Of a DNA stretch of 64,000 nt, positions 48,896 to 60,489 are shown piece after piece. The notes below the pieces were generated by a model. That model was not told the origin of the DNA. It ran no database searches and worked only from the letters and a program-made list of their open reading frames with translations. The position numbers were made by a program, and so were the translations under genes. Source of the stretch: Mobula hypostoma (Eukaryota). The stretch lies in NCBI RefSeq assembly GCF_963921235.1, contig NC_086108.1:107758001-107822000 (forward strand), written 5' to 3'. Within the stretch, counting starts at the first letter, position 1. Each line of letters starts with the position of its first letter.

Positions 48896-50793
48896 AAGAA
48901 GAGAATAGATTAAACTGCAGGCGAACAGTTTTTCATATTTTCGGATTAAAGTAACCAACCACACTGTTCCAGTCACCCTTGCTGGTTTCGAGCAAACTGC
49001 GTTCAGATGCTGAACTCAGACTGTGAGATATGAGCTGTATTTGTCACACGTACATTGAAATATTGAAGTGTGCAATTGGTGTCATCGATTGCAATGTGCT
49101 GGAGGAAGCCCGCCAGTGTCACCACACTTCTGGCACCTAGGACTCTCTCACCTTATTTAGACTGTGGAGGGAAAGCAGATGTCCTGGAGGAAACCTGCGC
49201 GGTCACGGGCAGAATGTGCCAACGCCTTACGGACAGCTGCGGGAATCGGACAGCGATCAGTCGGTGATCACGAGCGCTGTGAGGCAATTGCGGTAACCAC
49301 TATCGCCGGTATGCTACTGTGCATCGGTAAAGTTGTGATCTCACTCAGCTCCATTGTTTATTTATGTATTTACTGAGACGCAGCATGAAATAGGCTCTTC
49401 TGGCCACCCAAGCAACGTCGCCCAACTGCCCCCTAGCCTAATCACAGGACAATTTATAGCCTACAAGCTGATACATCTTTGGACTGTGAGAGGAAACTGA
49501 GGCACAGTCCCGGGGAGAATGTAGGAACTCCTTGCAGGCAGCGACAGGAATTGAACCCGGGTCACCTGTACTGTAAAGCACTGTGCTGACCACTGCACTA
49601 CCGTGCAACATCGATCATTAAGGACCCCCATCACCAAGACATACCCTCTTCTCACTATTACCAACAGGAAGGAAGTACAGGAGCATGAAAACTCACACTC
49701 AGTGATTCAGGAACAGCTTCTTCCCCTCTGCCATCAGATTTCTTTTTTTTAATTTAATTTTAGAGCTTCCCTCCGCCCCCCCCCCACCCCCGAGCTCGGC
49801 CAACGAATACCCCATCAGATTTCTGAATGGATATTGAACCCATGAACACTACCTCACTAATTTTGTGCACGACTTATTTAAAAAAAATATATAGTTCACA
49901 GTTGTTACTATTTTATATTTCATTGTACTGCTGCCACATAGCAACAAATTTCATGACACATGTCGGTGATATTAAACCTGATTCTGATTCTGAGCATTTA
50001 CCAAAGCTGATAAACATTAGAGTTGTGTGTGCTCTGCAGAAGGTAGACTATTGTCTACCTCAGTAATGGGATATAACTGGTTTCACTTATGCTTGTTCAG
50101 AAAATGTTGGGTATTCGCGTTCATTCCTGGCTCATAACTCTCTTCTCTATGCATCATGGGGCTAGTTAATGCCAGTGGAGTTCTTGTCAAAATGAACGAT
50201 AATAACGACATGAAACTGCTGTCTGGCTGTAAAAATCACATCCTGTTACTACAGGCATTTTCTACGAAACTGCTTTTAAAGAACATCCAGAGGGAATATT
50301 AAAGGTGACTATCATGTTGCCTAAATGTTTTCCAAATCTGGGCCATAGTTCAAGGCTTCTGATTCCCGCCGATGCTTTTATACACATTTGGAAGACGTCA
50401 ATTGTAGAATCACTAAATCCACCAGCACAGAAAAAATCCATTCAGCCCATCTTGACTGTGTTTTGTTTTATTTGTGCTATAGTTCTTCTTTTCACACGTT
50501 AGTTGTTTAGCACAGAGAATGTTTCAGCACAGCATTGCAGTATGGGCCATTCGGCCCATGATGTTGTGCTGACCTTTTAGAACATCTGGTCCATGTTGTC
50601 TGTCAGTCTTTGTTTCTGTATAGTTTTTCATAAATCCTTTTGTATTTCTTTATTTTTCTATAAATGCCTGCAAGAAGATGACCCTCAAGGTGATATAGGG
50701 TAACATAAAATATCTATTTCTCTATTTATTTAGAGAAATAGTGTGGAAGAGGTGCTTCTAGCCCACCGAGCCATGCCACTAAGCAACCCACTG

Positions 50794-50994
50794 TTGTTCC
50801 TTTTCATGCCTTGTGGCACAACGGGCAGCATTTTTGCCATTTCCATGGCATGTCAATGTCTTTTACAAGACTGAGTTGCTAGCTCGATGCTCAACCCAGT
50901 ACGGATGGAAAGCATGCAAGAAGCCGGCCAGATTCGAACCCGGGAACATTTGCCGGAAAGCCCAGTGCGGATGCCACTAGACCACCAGCTGGCT
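50794..50994 (-). mobile_element. tRNA-derived SINE of a second family
   Basis: Minus strand A box TGGTCTAGTGG and B box GGTTCGAATC. 9-bp TSD AACCCACTG at 50785-50793 and 50995-51003. Nested in a V-SINE tail. Confidence 0.8.
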
Positions 50995-51869
50995 AACCCA
51001 CTGATTTAACCCAAGCCTGATCACTGACCAATTGACCGATTAACCAGTAGGTATTTGGACTATGGGTAGAAATCAGAACACCAGAGCATACCCACATGGT
51101 CGCGGGAAGGGCGTACAGATGTTCTTACAGACTGGAATTGAATTCCGATTTCCGACTGTTATGAGATGCTCCCAACAGCACCATCTTCCGAAATTTTGAC
51201 ATTCTAACTCCCCAGAGTATGGATAGCTGGTGCGGCCACTTTAAGGGCTCAGGATGGTCTCACTAATTAGTAATCATGATTTGGGTGCCAAGAATCGTGT
51301 CTTTAAGCAACACCTGAACTGCAATTCAGTGTTCAATCGTAAGCCTATTAGTGATATCGTCTGGCATTTGTTTCATGCTCAGATCCAGTTTGGTACCGTC
51401 TTGAACTTTCCTTCAGATACCTCAGCATTTGGGTCCAAACCATCCATGTCACATGTCATGTCACAACTACACCCCAAACTGCAAAAGCATTATGTTAACT
51501 ATAATGCTAAAATGGCGGACTTTGATAATAAATTAAGGTCGAGATAAAGTGGATGTAGAGAAGTTGTTTCCTAGAGTGGCGACGGGGTCTAGGACCAGAG
51601 GCACGTCCCTTTATAACAGGGAAGAGAAGGAATTTTTTTAGCCTGAGGGTGGTGACTTTGTGGAATTCTTTGCCACAGACGGAGGCAATGAATTTTGGAG
51701 GCCATTGGGTATATTTAAGGAAGAGGTTACTAGGCTTTCAATTGGTAAGGGGGTTAAGTGTTACAGGGTGAAGGCAGGAAAATGAGGTTGAAAAACAAAT
51801 CATCCATGATTGAATAGTGGAGTGGCTGATAGGCAGAATGGCTGAATTTTGCTCCTACTATGTTCATGT

Positions 51870-52516
51870 GCATTGCGATTACACAAGGCACGAGAACTTA
51901 GCAACAAGAGCAGGCCAACCTACCCTCGGCTTACAGAGGCCCTCTATTGTTCGGGTTCGACCATGAACGTTGCATCCAAGCTATCTATGTTGTTAGTCCT
52001 GGGCCGCCGGTGTACAAGCCAGGGCAGTAGAATATGGAGAGCAAGCTCCCCCTCCCCACGCAGCTGATGAAATCAAAAGAACAGCAGGGACCGATACAGT
52101 TTGGCACCATCAGCGTCGCAGGAATTGCCAGTCAGCATTCAATTCAATGTAGGACTGCTTTAGTGACTCAGGCTTCTGATTTTTCCTCGGAATTTACTCT
52201 CGGAGCCTTCTCCATGAGTGGGTATAGTTGCAAGGTAGCAGAGGATTGAGATCAGAGTTTTCCTTCTCCTAGATGAGCTACCAATCACAGCTGATGTGCC
52301 CCATCTGCCCAGAGTTTTAAGGCACCAGTAATCTGCCTTTACCCTTTCTCCTGTCAGTACAAACGGTTCCGCTGGGCTTTGTCGATTAGCCACACATGAG
52401 GCCAGGAGCAGGACTTGATTTTCAGAGGCGATTTGAGCGTACACCATTGGGAGCATTTAATAGGGAGAGGGAGCTGATTCCCACCCCAAATCCTGCTATG
52501 ATAGCCTTAAGGAACA
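51870..52516 (-). mobile_element. RTE-derived non-autonomous element
   Basis: Minus strand ...AGCTCATCTAGGAGAAGGAAAACTCTGATCTC... resembles an RTE 5' UTR. Second copy at ~58760-59323. Confidence 0.6.
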
Positions 52517-52555
52517 TGGGTTCTGTAAACTATTTAACAATTAAGTTGAATTATA

Positions 52556-53781
52556 CACTTAACAGCCACTTTATTAAGTAGACCTTTACACCTGCTCATT
52601 AACGTAAATATCTAATCAGCCAATCACGAGGCAGCATCTCAATGCATTAAAGCATGCAGACATGGTCAAGAGGTTCAGTTGTTGTTCAGACCAAATATCA
52701 GACAAGGAATGAAATGTGATCAAAGTGACATTGACCCATGGAGTAATTATAGGTGCCAGATGGGGAGGTTTGAGAAACTGTTAATCTCCTGGGATTTTCA
52801 AACACAACAGTCCATAGAGTTTACAGGAATGATGTGAGAAACGAAAAAAAAACATCCAGTGAACAGCAGTTCTGTGGGTGAAAATGCCTTGTTAATGAGA
52901 TAGGTAAGAGGAGAATGGCCGGACTGACAGACTGTCTGGCATTCATAGCAAGAGGATTCTGGCATTCATAGCAAGAGGATTCAAGTACAGGAGCAGGGAG
53001 ATACTACTGCAGTTGTACAAGGCCTTGGTGAGACCACACCTGGAGTATTGTGTGCAGTTTTGGTCCCCTAATCTGAGGAAAGACATTCTTGCCATAGAGG
53101 GAGTACAAAGAAGGTTCACCAGATTGATTCCTGGGATGACAGGACTTTCATATGAAGAAAGACTGGATGAACTGGGCTTGTACTCGTTGGAATTTAGAAG
53201 ATTGAGGGAGGATCTGATTGAAACGTATAAAATCCTAAAGGGATTGGACAGGCTAGATGCAGGAAGATTGTTCCCGATGTTGGGGAAGTCCAGAACGAGG
53301 GGTCACAGTTTGAGGATAAAGGGGAAGCCTTTTAGGACCGAGATGAGGAAAAACTTCTTCACACAGAGAGTGGTGAATCTGTGGAATTCTCTGCCACGGG
53401 AAACCGTTGAGGCCAGTTCATTGGCTATATTTAAGAGGTAGTTAGATATGGCCCTTGTGGCTAAAGGGATCAGGGGCTATGGAGAGAAGGCAGGTACAGG
53501 GTTCTGGGTTGGATGATCAGCCATGATCGTACTGAATGGTGGTGCAGGCTCGAGGGGCCAAATATACTACTCCTGCACCTATTTTCTATGTTTCTGTGTT
53601 TTTATGTGACAGTAACTCAAGTAACCACACATTACAACAGTGGTGTGCAGAAGAGCATGTCTGTATGTACAACATTTTGGACCTTGAAGTGGATAGGCTT
53701 CAGCAGCAGAAGACCATGAACATACACTCAGGGACCTCTTTATTAAATGCAGGAGGTTTCTAATAAAGTGGCCACTCAATG
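52556..53781 (+). mobile_element. Tc1 derivative (same family as 1-492) interrupted by a young CR1 3' end at ~52935-53606
   Basis: TIR-like ends GCCACTTTATTA and TAATAAAGTGGC. CR1 ORF 53013..53441 is nearly identical to the end of the 61135-63753 element. 23-nt tandem duplication at the CR1 5' junction (52936-52981). Confidence 0.85.
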
Positions 53782-53947
53782 CACTCTCACTGCACATGTC
53801 CAGGAAGGAAGTGGTTGTAAATGATTACATGGAAGGAAGTAATTGGGGGAGGACGCCAGTGACGTTTTGTATTATCTTTTTGGTTCTTTAAAGACCTTCC
53901 TCCATCTGGACGCTTTTTTCTACCTCTGTCTAACTTCTGATTTACAG

Positions 53948-53989
53948 TTTCCGTTCTCACCTGACATCTGCACTTCTAGTCTGTTCATG
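53948..53989 (+). other. Candidate 5' exon ending exactly in ATG
   Basis: Branch-like CTAAC at 53930, acceptor TTCTGATTTACAG|, 42 nt ending ATG, donor |GTAAGG; unique sequence. Confidence 0.45.
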
Positions 53990-55169
53990 GTAAGGAACTT
54001 CTCGTGTAGTTTACAGTCTGTGAACCCTGTCAATGCAGCAGAAAATAGTATTGATTTTTTGAGAGAGAGAGAGTTTTCAACAGAAATATAGTGATTGAAA
54101 CCGCATACAATAAACTGGCAACAGTTGTGGGCACTGAGTAATTCAGATAGTCGTGGTCTTCATGAAATAATGATTGAGGATCAAGCACCAGGGATTCAAC
54201 TTCATTTGCCATATATATTTATCTGTTTTTGGAATTCTCTGTAGTGTGTTGGTCAGGAAACAACGTGCAGCGAAAAACAGCAACATTCAACAATCATAAG
54301 GAATAAAGAATTATATACAGAAGTATAGGTTAAAGTACAGATACGTAATAAAATATAGCTAAATACCATATATAGATAAGAGCATGTACTTATGGTGTAA
54401 ACTATTATATAGGTTTATGTTTAAAGTGTTCACAGTGCACTTCAGTGATGGGGGTCATTGATTGAGGAGGGTAGGAAGGTTAACTAAAATGGGTGACCAG
54501 ACCAACCGCCCGGGAGAAGAAACTTTTATGACAGCCTGACTTTTTTGCTTTCATGGTTCTTTAACACTTTCCAGAAGGAAGCTTTAGAGAAAGGCAGCTT
54601 GCAGGGCTGGAGTTGTCTTCGTATTAGAAAGTGGAGCAGATGATATTAAAACCTGCCGAGAGGATCATTGGGATCTCCCTCCCCTCTGTTTGTGACATTA
54701 ACCGGGATATTTGCAGACGGAGGGCTGAAGCATTGTTGAGGATCCCTACCACCCATCCCACAATCTCTTTGACCCACCACCATGAGAAAGAAGGCACAGA
54801 AGCACCAGGACTAGGACTGCCAGACTGGATACGTTTTGTGGGTGCTCTGTGGTCTGGGGGAACATTGTTTCATTTGGTTGTATGTATGTACAATTGAAAT
54901 TGAAATTGTTAACCATTTAGTCCCTCAGTCCTGCTCTTCCATTCAACAATGATGGTTATCTATCGTATTTAGTTACTTTCTCAGTTCCCACATGGTCTAC
55001 TGCCTCATCAACATCATTATGTGCCATGTCATATAAGGTGGATGATCATGATCTCATGACCATGATTGTTCTTGGCAAATTTTTTGACATAAGTGGTTTG
55101 CTATTGCCTTCTTGTGGACAGTGACATTTTCAATACTCTTCAGAGATTGTCTGCCTTGCGTCAATGGTC

Positions 55170-56576
55170 CCCCTGTTCAAAAAACGTAGTAGGGATAGTC
55201 CGGGTAATTATAGACCAGTGAGCCTTACGTCTGTGGTAGGAAAGCTGTTGGAAAAGATTCTTAGATAGGATCTATGGGCATTTAGGGAATTATGGTCTGA
55301 TCAGGGACAGTCAGCATGGCTTTGTGATGGGCAGTTCATGTCTAACAAGCCTGATAGAGTTCTTTGAGGAGGTGACCAGGCATATAGATGAGGGTAGTGC
55401 AGAGGATGTGATCTACATGGATTTTAGTAAGGCATTTGACAAAGTTCCACACAGTAGGCTTATTCAGAAAGTCAGAAGGTATGGGATGCAGGGAAGTTTG
55501 GCCAGGTGGATTCAGAATTGGCTTCCCTGCAGAAAGCAGAGGGTCGTGGTGGAGGGAGTACATTCAGATTGGAGGGTTGTGACTAGTGGTGTCCCACAAG
55601 GATCTGTTCTGGGACCTCTACTTTTCGTGACTTTTATTAATGACCTGGATGTGGGGGTAGAAGGGTGGGTTGGCAAGTTTGCAGACGACACAAAGGTTGG
55701 TCGTGTTGTGCATAGTGAAGAGGATTGTCGAAGATTGCAGAGAGACATTGATAGGATGCAGAAGTGGGCTGAGAAGTGGCAGATGGTGTTCAGCCCAGAG
55801 AAGTGTGAGGTGGTACACTTTGGAAGGACAAACTCCAAGGCAGAGTACAAAGTAAATGGCAGGATACTTGGTAGTGTGGAGGAGCAGAGGGATCTGGGGG
55901 CACATGTCCACAGATCCCTGAAAGTTGCCTCACAGGTGGATAGGGTAGTTAAGAAAGCTTATGGAGTGTTAGCTTTCATAAGTCGAGGGATAGAGTTTAA
56001 GAGTCGCGGGGTAATGATGCAGCTCTATAAAACTCTGGTTAGGCCACACTTGGAGTACTGTGTCTAGTTCTGGTCGCCTCACTATAGGAAGGATGTGGAA
56101 GCATTGGAAAGGGTACAGAGGAGATTTACCAGGATGCTGCCTGGTTTAGAGAGTATGCATTATGATCAGAGATTAAGGGAGCTAGGGCTTTACTCTCTGG
56201 AGAGAAGGAGGATGAGAGGAGACATGATAGAGGTATACAAGATATTAAGAGGAATAGATAGAGTGGATAGCCAGCGCCTCTTCCCCAGGGCATCACTGCT
56301 CAATACAAGAGGACGTGGCTTTAAGGTAAGGGGTGGGAAGTTCAAGGGGGATATTAGAGGAAGGTTTTTTTACTCAGAGAGTGGTTGGTGCGTGGAATGC
56401 TCTGCCGGAATCAGTGGTGGAGGCAGATACACTAGTGAAACTTAAGAGACAGGTACTAGACAGGTATATGGAGGAAATTAAGGTGGGGATTATATGGGAG
56501 GCAGGGTTTAATGGTCGGCACAACATTGTGGGCCAAAGGGCCTGTACTGTGCTGTACTATTTTATGTTCTATGTTT
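55170..56576 (+). mobile_element. Young CR1 (sister of 6177-8593) inserted into a minus-strand RTE-tailed SINE-like element (~55005-56720)
   Basis: ORFs 55324..56067 and 56095..56445 nearly match ORF 6238..7695. TSD AATGGTC at 55163-55169 and 56577-56583. Confidence 0.95.
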
Positions 56577-57163
56577 AATGGTCGCATAACGAGGACTTGT
56601 GATATGCACCAGCTGCTCATTCGATCATCCACCTCCTGCTCCCATGGCTTCACATGACCCTGATCGGGAGGAGGGGGTGCGGTGCTGAGCGGCTGCTACA
56701 ACTTGTCCAAGGGTGACCACTGCCTGAAGACTCAAATTAGTCTCAGTTTCAAATGGAACATAGAACATTACAGCACAGAATCAAGTTCAGAATCAGAATC
56801 AAGTTTGCTATTATGAAATTTCTTGTTTTGCGCAGCAGTACTGTGCAATACATGAATAAGAAATATTATTTGTGATCAGTGAACCTGAACATATTCATGA
56901 CAAGAAGCAGTGTGGATAACTTCACTCATCTGAAATACAACCTATAGACTCACTTTTAAGGAGTCCATATCTCGTCTCTCAATATTATTTATGTACAGTT
57001 TCTATTATTAGTATTTTATGAGTTTTATTTTATTTTTTCTCAGCTCAACCTGGTAAAACCTGAGGTACGAGCAGAGCCAAGCACACTCGTTTCTCAATTG
57101 CTCAGTATTTTCGGACTACTCTAGTGACGTTTAGTATATTTTCTTTCAAAAGATTTACATAAA

Positions 57164-57230
57164 TATTGTGTAGCGCTAATTGTTTAATGCTATTGTGCAG
57201 CGCTAATTGTTTAATGCTATTGTGCAGTGC
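57164..57230. repeat. 27-bp tandem repeat, about 2.5 copies
   Basis: Unit TATTGTG(C/T)AGCGCTAATTGTTTAATGC. Confidence 0.9.
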
Positions 57231-57834
57231 CTTTGGGATGATACTAGCTGTAGAAATGACTGTTGAGACAATGTATACCTGGTTCGTGTTCCAAAGTCTT
57301 TCATTATTATTATTATTTGTTTTTTTTTTGTATTTGTGCAGCTTGTCTTTTACACATTGGTTGTTTGTCAAGTTTCTAAATAGTTTTTCATTGATTCTAT
57401 TGTATTTCTTTATTCTACTGTAAATGTATTCGAGAAAATGAACCTCAGGATATTATATGGTGACAAATACATACTTTGATAATAAATTTAAATTGATTTT
57501 TGAACATTTGAACTTTGGTCTGACCAAATAAGCACAATATCAGCCCTTTCAAGTCATTCTGAGCAGGTCATAGTAAGACATTGGGTGTCTATTTCCCCTC
57601 AGTAGATGCTGCCTCATCTGCTGAGTTCCTTCACATCTTTTGTAAATTGCTCCGGTACACTGTTGAGGTTGGGAACTCTTCACTGCTGCAGCCTTTCTCC
57701 ACCTTCACTGCTGTTGTGACGTGTCATCATCTCCCACCAGCTCCACCCCTGAAGACTTGGTTGGATTGCTCTTTGTCTGGAACCTCACTATTGACCTCAT
57801 TGTGGACCCTGACCCCGTTCTGCCGAGGACCATG

Positions 57835-58020
57835 TGGTGGCTGCCCTGGCTTCAGCCTCCCCACGTTAAACAAAGTCATGCACAGGCGTTCTCCATTAAG
57901 GAAATCCACCCCAACATCCCAGGTACATGAATCCCTGATAGGCTTGTACAGCCACCTGAGGACCCACCAATAAACGACACCTTAGGGGAACTTCGTACGT
58001 GACTCAAGTGATCACACTAA
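57835..58020 (+). mobile_element. Short RTE-derived element (related copy at ~58548-58680)
   Basis: Encodes IGLYSHLRTH, the terminal zinc-finger-like motif of RTE ORFs. Shares GCCTCCC(C/T)ACGTTAAACAAAGTC with the second copy. Confidence 0.55.
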
Positions 58021-58759
58021 AGCTCAGTCCATCACAGGCAAAGCTCTCCCCATCATCACTTTGCCAAGCTGGAGAGGCCTGAGAGTTCTTGAGATCCCAA
58101 GAATAATGCTGTCTGGACTTTAACCATCTGGTGCTTAGCTTCTAGTAGGGTCGTCCATGGCGGGAAGGTCAAAGGGGGAAGTTCCAGACAAAGAGCGATC
58201 CGTCCAACAGAAGTGAAGGCGGAGGAAGGCTGCAGCAGTGAAGCGTCCCCAGTCATCCAGCATTCCATTGCGCTGGACTCCGACCCTGATCTGTCAAAGA
58301 TTCAAAGTACATTTATTATCAAAGTCTGTATGCAGTATACAACCCTAAGATTTGACCTCCCCACAGACTGTCACAAAATAAAGAAACACCATGGAACCCG
58401 TTCAAAGATAAAACATCAAACCCCAATGGGCAAAACGAAAATGAGCAATAAACACCAAATATAAAAACATTAATCCACAAAGTCATAGAAGGTGTCCCGG
58501 CATATTCAGTACAGTTCATTTCAGTTCAGTCAATGATAGATCCTTGGGCATCAGCCTCCCTACGTTAAACAAAGTCTCCATTTATGCGAATCCCGGATTG
58601 GCCTCTTGCGCCACCTAAGGACCAACCAATAGGCAAGCCCTTAGGAGACCATGTTTCTTGACTCGAGTGAACGCACTATTTCTACACTATGTACACTCCA
58701 GCATCCCACCTGCAACTCATTAACTGCTACAGATTGTCAAAATTAACTGGTATTGTGCG

Positions 58760-59323
58760 AGGATGTCCGTTGGTCGAAGCTGATCATTGAAATTGCATCC
58801 TAACCATTGAAATGTAATACACAAGCCAATACGATATGGAGAGCAAGCTGTTGTCCATGTAGTGGGGCACTCCTCTCCACACAGCTGATGAATCCAAAGG
58901 AACAGTAGAGACCGATACAGTTTGGCACCAGCGGCGTTGCAGGAATTGCCGGTCAACATTGAACTCTACATAGGACTGCATTTTTCTCCAGAGTTAACTC
59001 CTGAAGCCTTCCTCATGAGTGGGTATAGTTGCAAGGTAGTGGAGGTTTGAGATCAAAGTTTTCCTTCTTCTAGATGAGCTGCCAACCGTGGATGATGAAC
59101 CCCATATGCCTGAAGCAACTGGTTTTAACCAGTAACCTGCCTTTACCCCTTCTCCTGTCAACAGAAACGGTTTCAGTGAGCTGAGTAGCTAAGGCTCATG
59201 TGAAGGCCAGAAGCTGGATTTGGTTGTCGGAGGCTTATTGGGATGCACACCATTGAGATCATTCAATAGGTTGTGAGAGCTTATCCTCACTACCTCATCT
59301 GGCTTTCAGCATGCTGAGGAACC
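58760..59323 (-). mobile_element. RTE-derived non-autonomous element, second copy
   Basis: Collinear with ~51950-52516 (GATACAGTTTGGCACCA, CATGAGTGGGTATAGTTGCAAGGTAG). Confidence 0.65.
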
Positions 59324-59334
59324 ATTTGGCACTC

Positions 59335-59723
59335 ATCTCCATCATCTTTATGTGCTGTGTTGTGTGACGTGGGCGATCTTGGTCTTTCCATGACCATGAT
59401 TATTCTTGGCAATTTTTTCGGCAGAAGTGATTTGCCATTGGCTTCTTCTAGGCAGTGTCTCTATAAGATGGGTGACCCCAACCATTATAAATACTCTTCA
59501 GAGATTGTCTGCCTGGCGCCAGTGGTCACATAACTAGGACTTGTGATATTACACTGGCTACTCATACGACCACCCACCACTGGCTCCCATGGCTTCATGT
59601 GACCCTAATTGGGAGGGGAATAAGAAGTTGTTCCACCTTGCCCAAAGGTGACCTGCAGGCTAGTGGAGGGAAGGAGCACCTGACAGCTCCTTTGGTAGAG
59701 ATGTTTCTCCACCCTGCCACCCA
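59335..59723 (-). mobile_element. RTE-tailed SINE-like element (family of 24308-24680)
   Basis: Full-length reverse-complement match ending CCACCCTGCCACCCA. Confidence 0.8.
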
Positions 59724-59771
59724 AAAAATACCCAATTGGTATTAAATGATTTTATTGGTGACTTGCTTCAG

Positions 59772-59901
59772 CAAGGCAAACATGGCGGAAGTGACTCAAA
59801 GAGATCTATCAACGAAAGCAGAAGGGAAAGTAATGAAAGAAAAGGGCAAGTGGTTATAATTGAAAAAAATCTAATTAGATTTGGACAGGATGAAACCTCT
59901 G
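59772..59901 (+). CDS. Candidate coding exon (QGKHGGSDSKRSINESRRESNERKGQVVIIEKNLIRFGQDETS), product unknown
   Basis: Acceptor GACTTGCTTCAG|, 130 nt open in phase 0 (compatible with the upstream ATG| exon), donor CTG|GTATGA; purine-rich unique sequence. Confidence 0.4.
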
Positions 59902-59988
59902 GTATGAATTGGATCCATCTGTACATATTAAAATAAGTCATGGAGGCAGCACTATTTCAAATTTATAAAAATTCATTATGAATGGGAA

Positions 59989-60234
59989 CATACATCAAAG
60001 TTGCTGGTGAACGCAGCAGGCCAAGCAGCATCTATAGGAAGAGGCGCAGTCGACGTTTCAGGCCGAGACCCTTCTAATCCCTTACTCACTCTTCCTTCAG
60101 TTAGTCCTGACGAAGGGTCTCGGCCCAAAACGTCGACTGCGCCTCTTCCTATAGATGCTGCTTGGCCTGCTGCGTTCACCAGCAACTTTGATGTGTGTTG
60201 CTTGAATTTCCAGCATCTGCAGAATTCCTGTTGT
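59989..60234. mobile_element. PLE fold-back insertion (inverted terminal repeats)
   Basis: 86-nt arms at 59989-60074 and 60112-60197 with 3 mismatches. 13-bp TSD TTATGAATGGGAA at 59976-59988 and 60235-60247. Confidence 0.92.
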
Positions 60235-60489
60235 TTATGAATGGGAATATTGGAAGAGAACTGGCTGAATGATAATGGATTTTCTGTGAGGGGAAATGTG
60301 AAGATAGAACCTCTCCAGGAATATTGGATCAATTATCTTAATGTCAGCAGTACGAAAAACAGTGGTATCCTGAGTCAAAGATTTAATAGAGGAACACCAG
60401 AACTGGAAGTATATTAAAGACTAGAACTACAACATCCTGCAGACTCTGGCAGTCAGAAACAAAACAGAAGGTCCACGCAAGGAATTCTC

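Noticed and set aside
57164..57230. 27-bp repeats as a CRISPR-like array
   Set aside because: Direct tandem copies without spacers, in eukaryotic DNA.
59782..59859. MAEV... start suggesting interleukin-1 beta
   Set aside because: Only four residues match; not enough to assign a gene.
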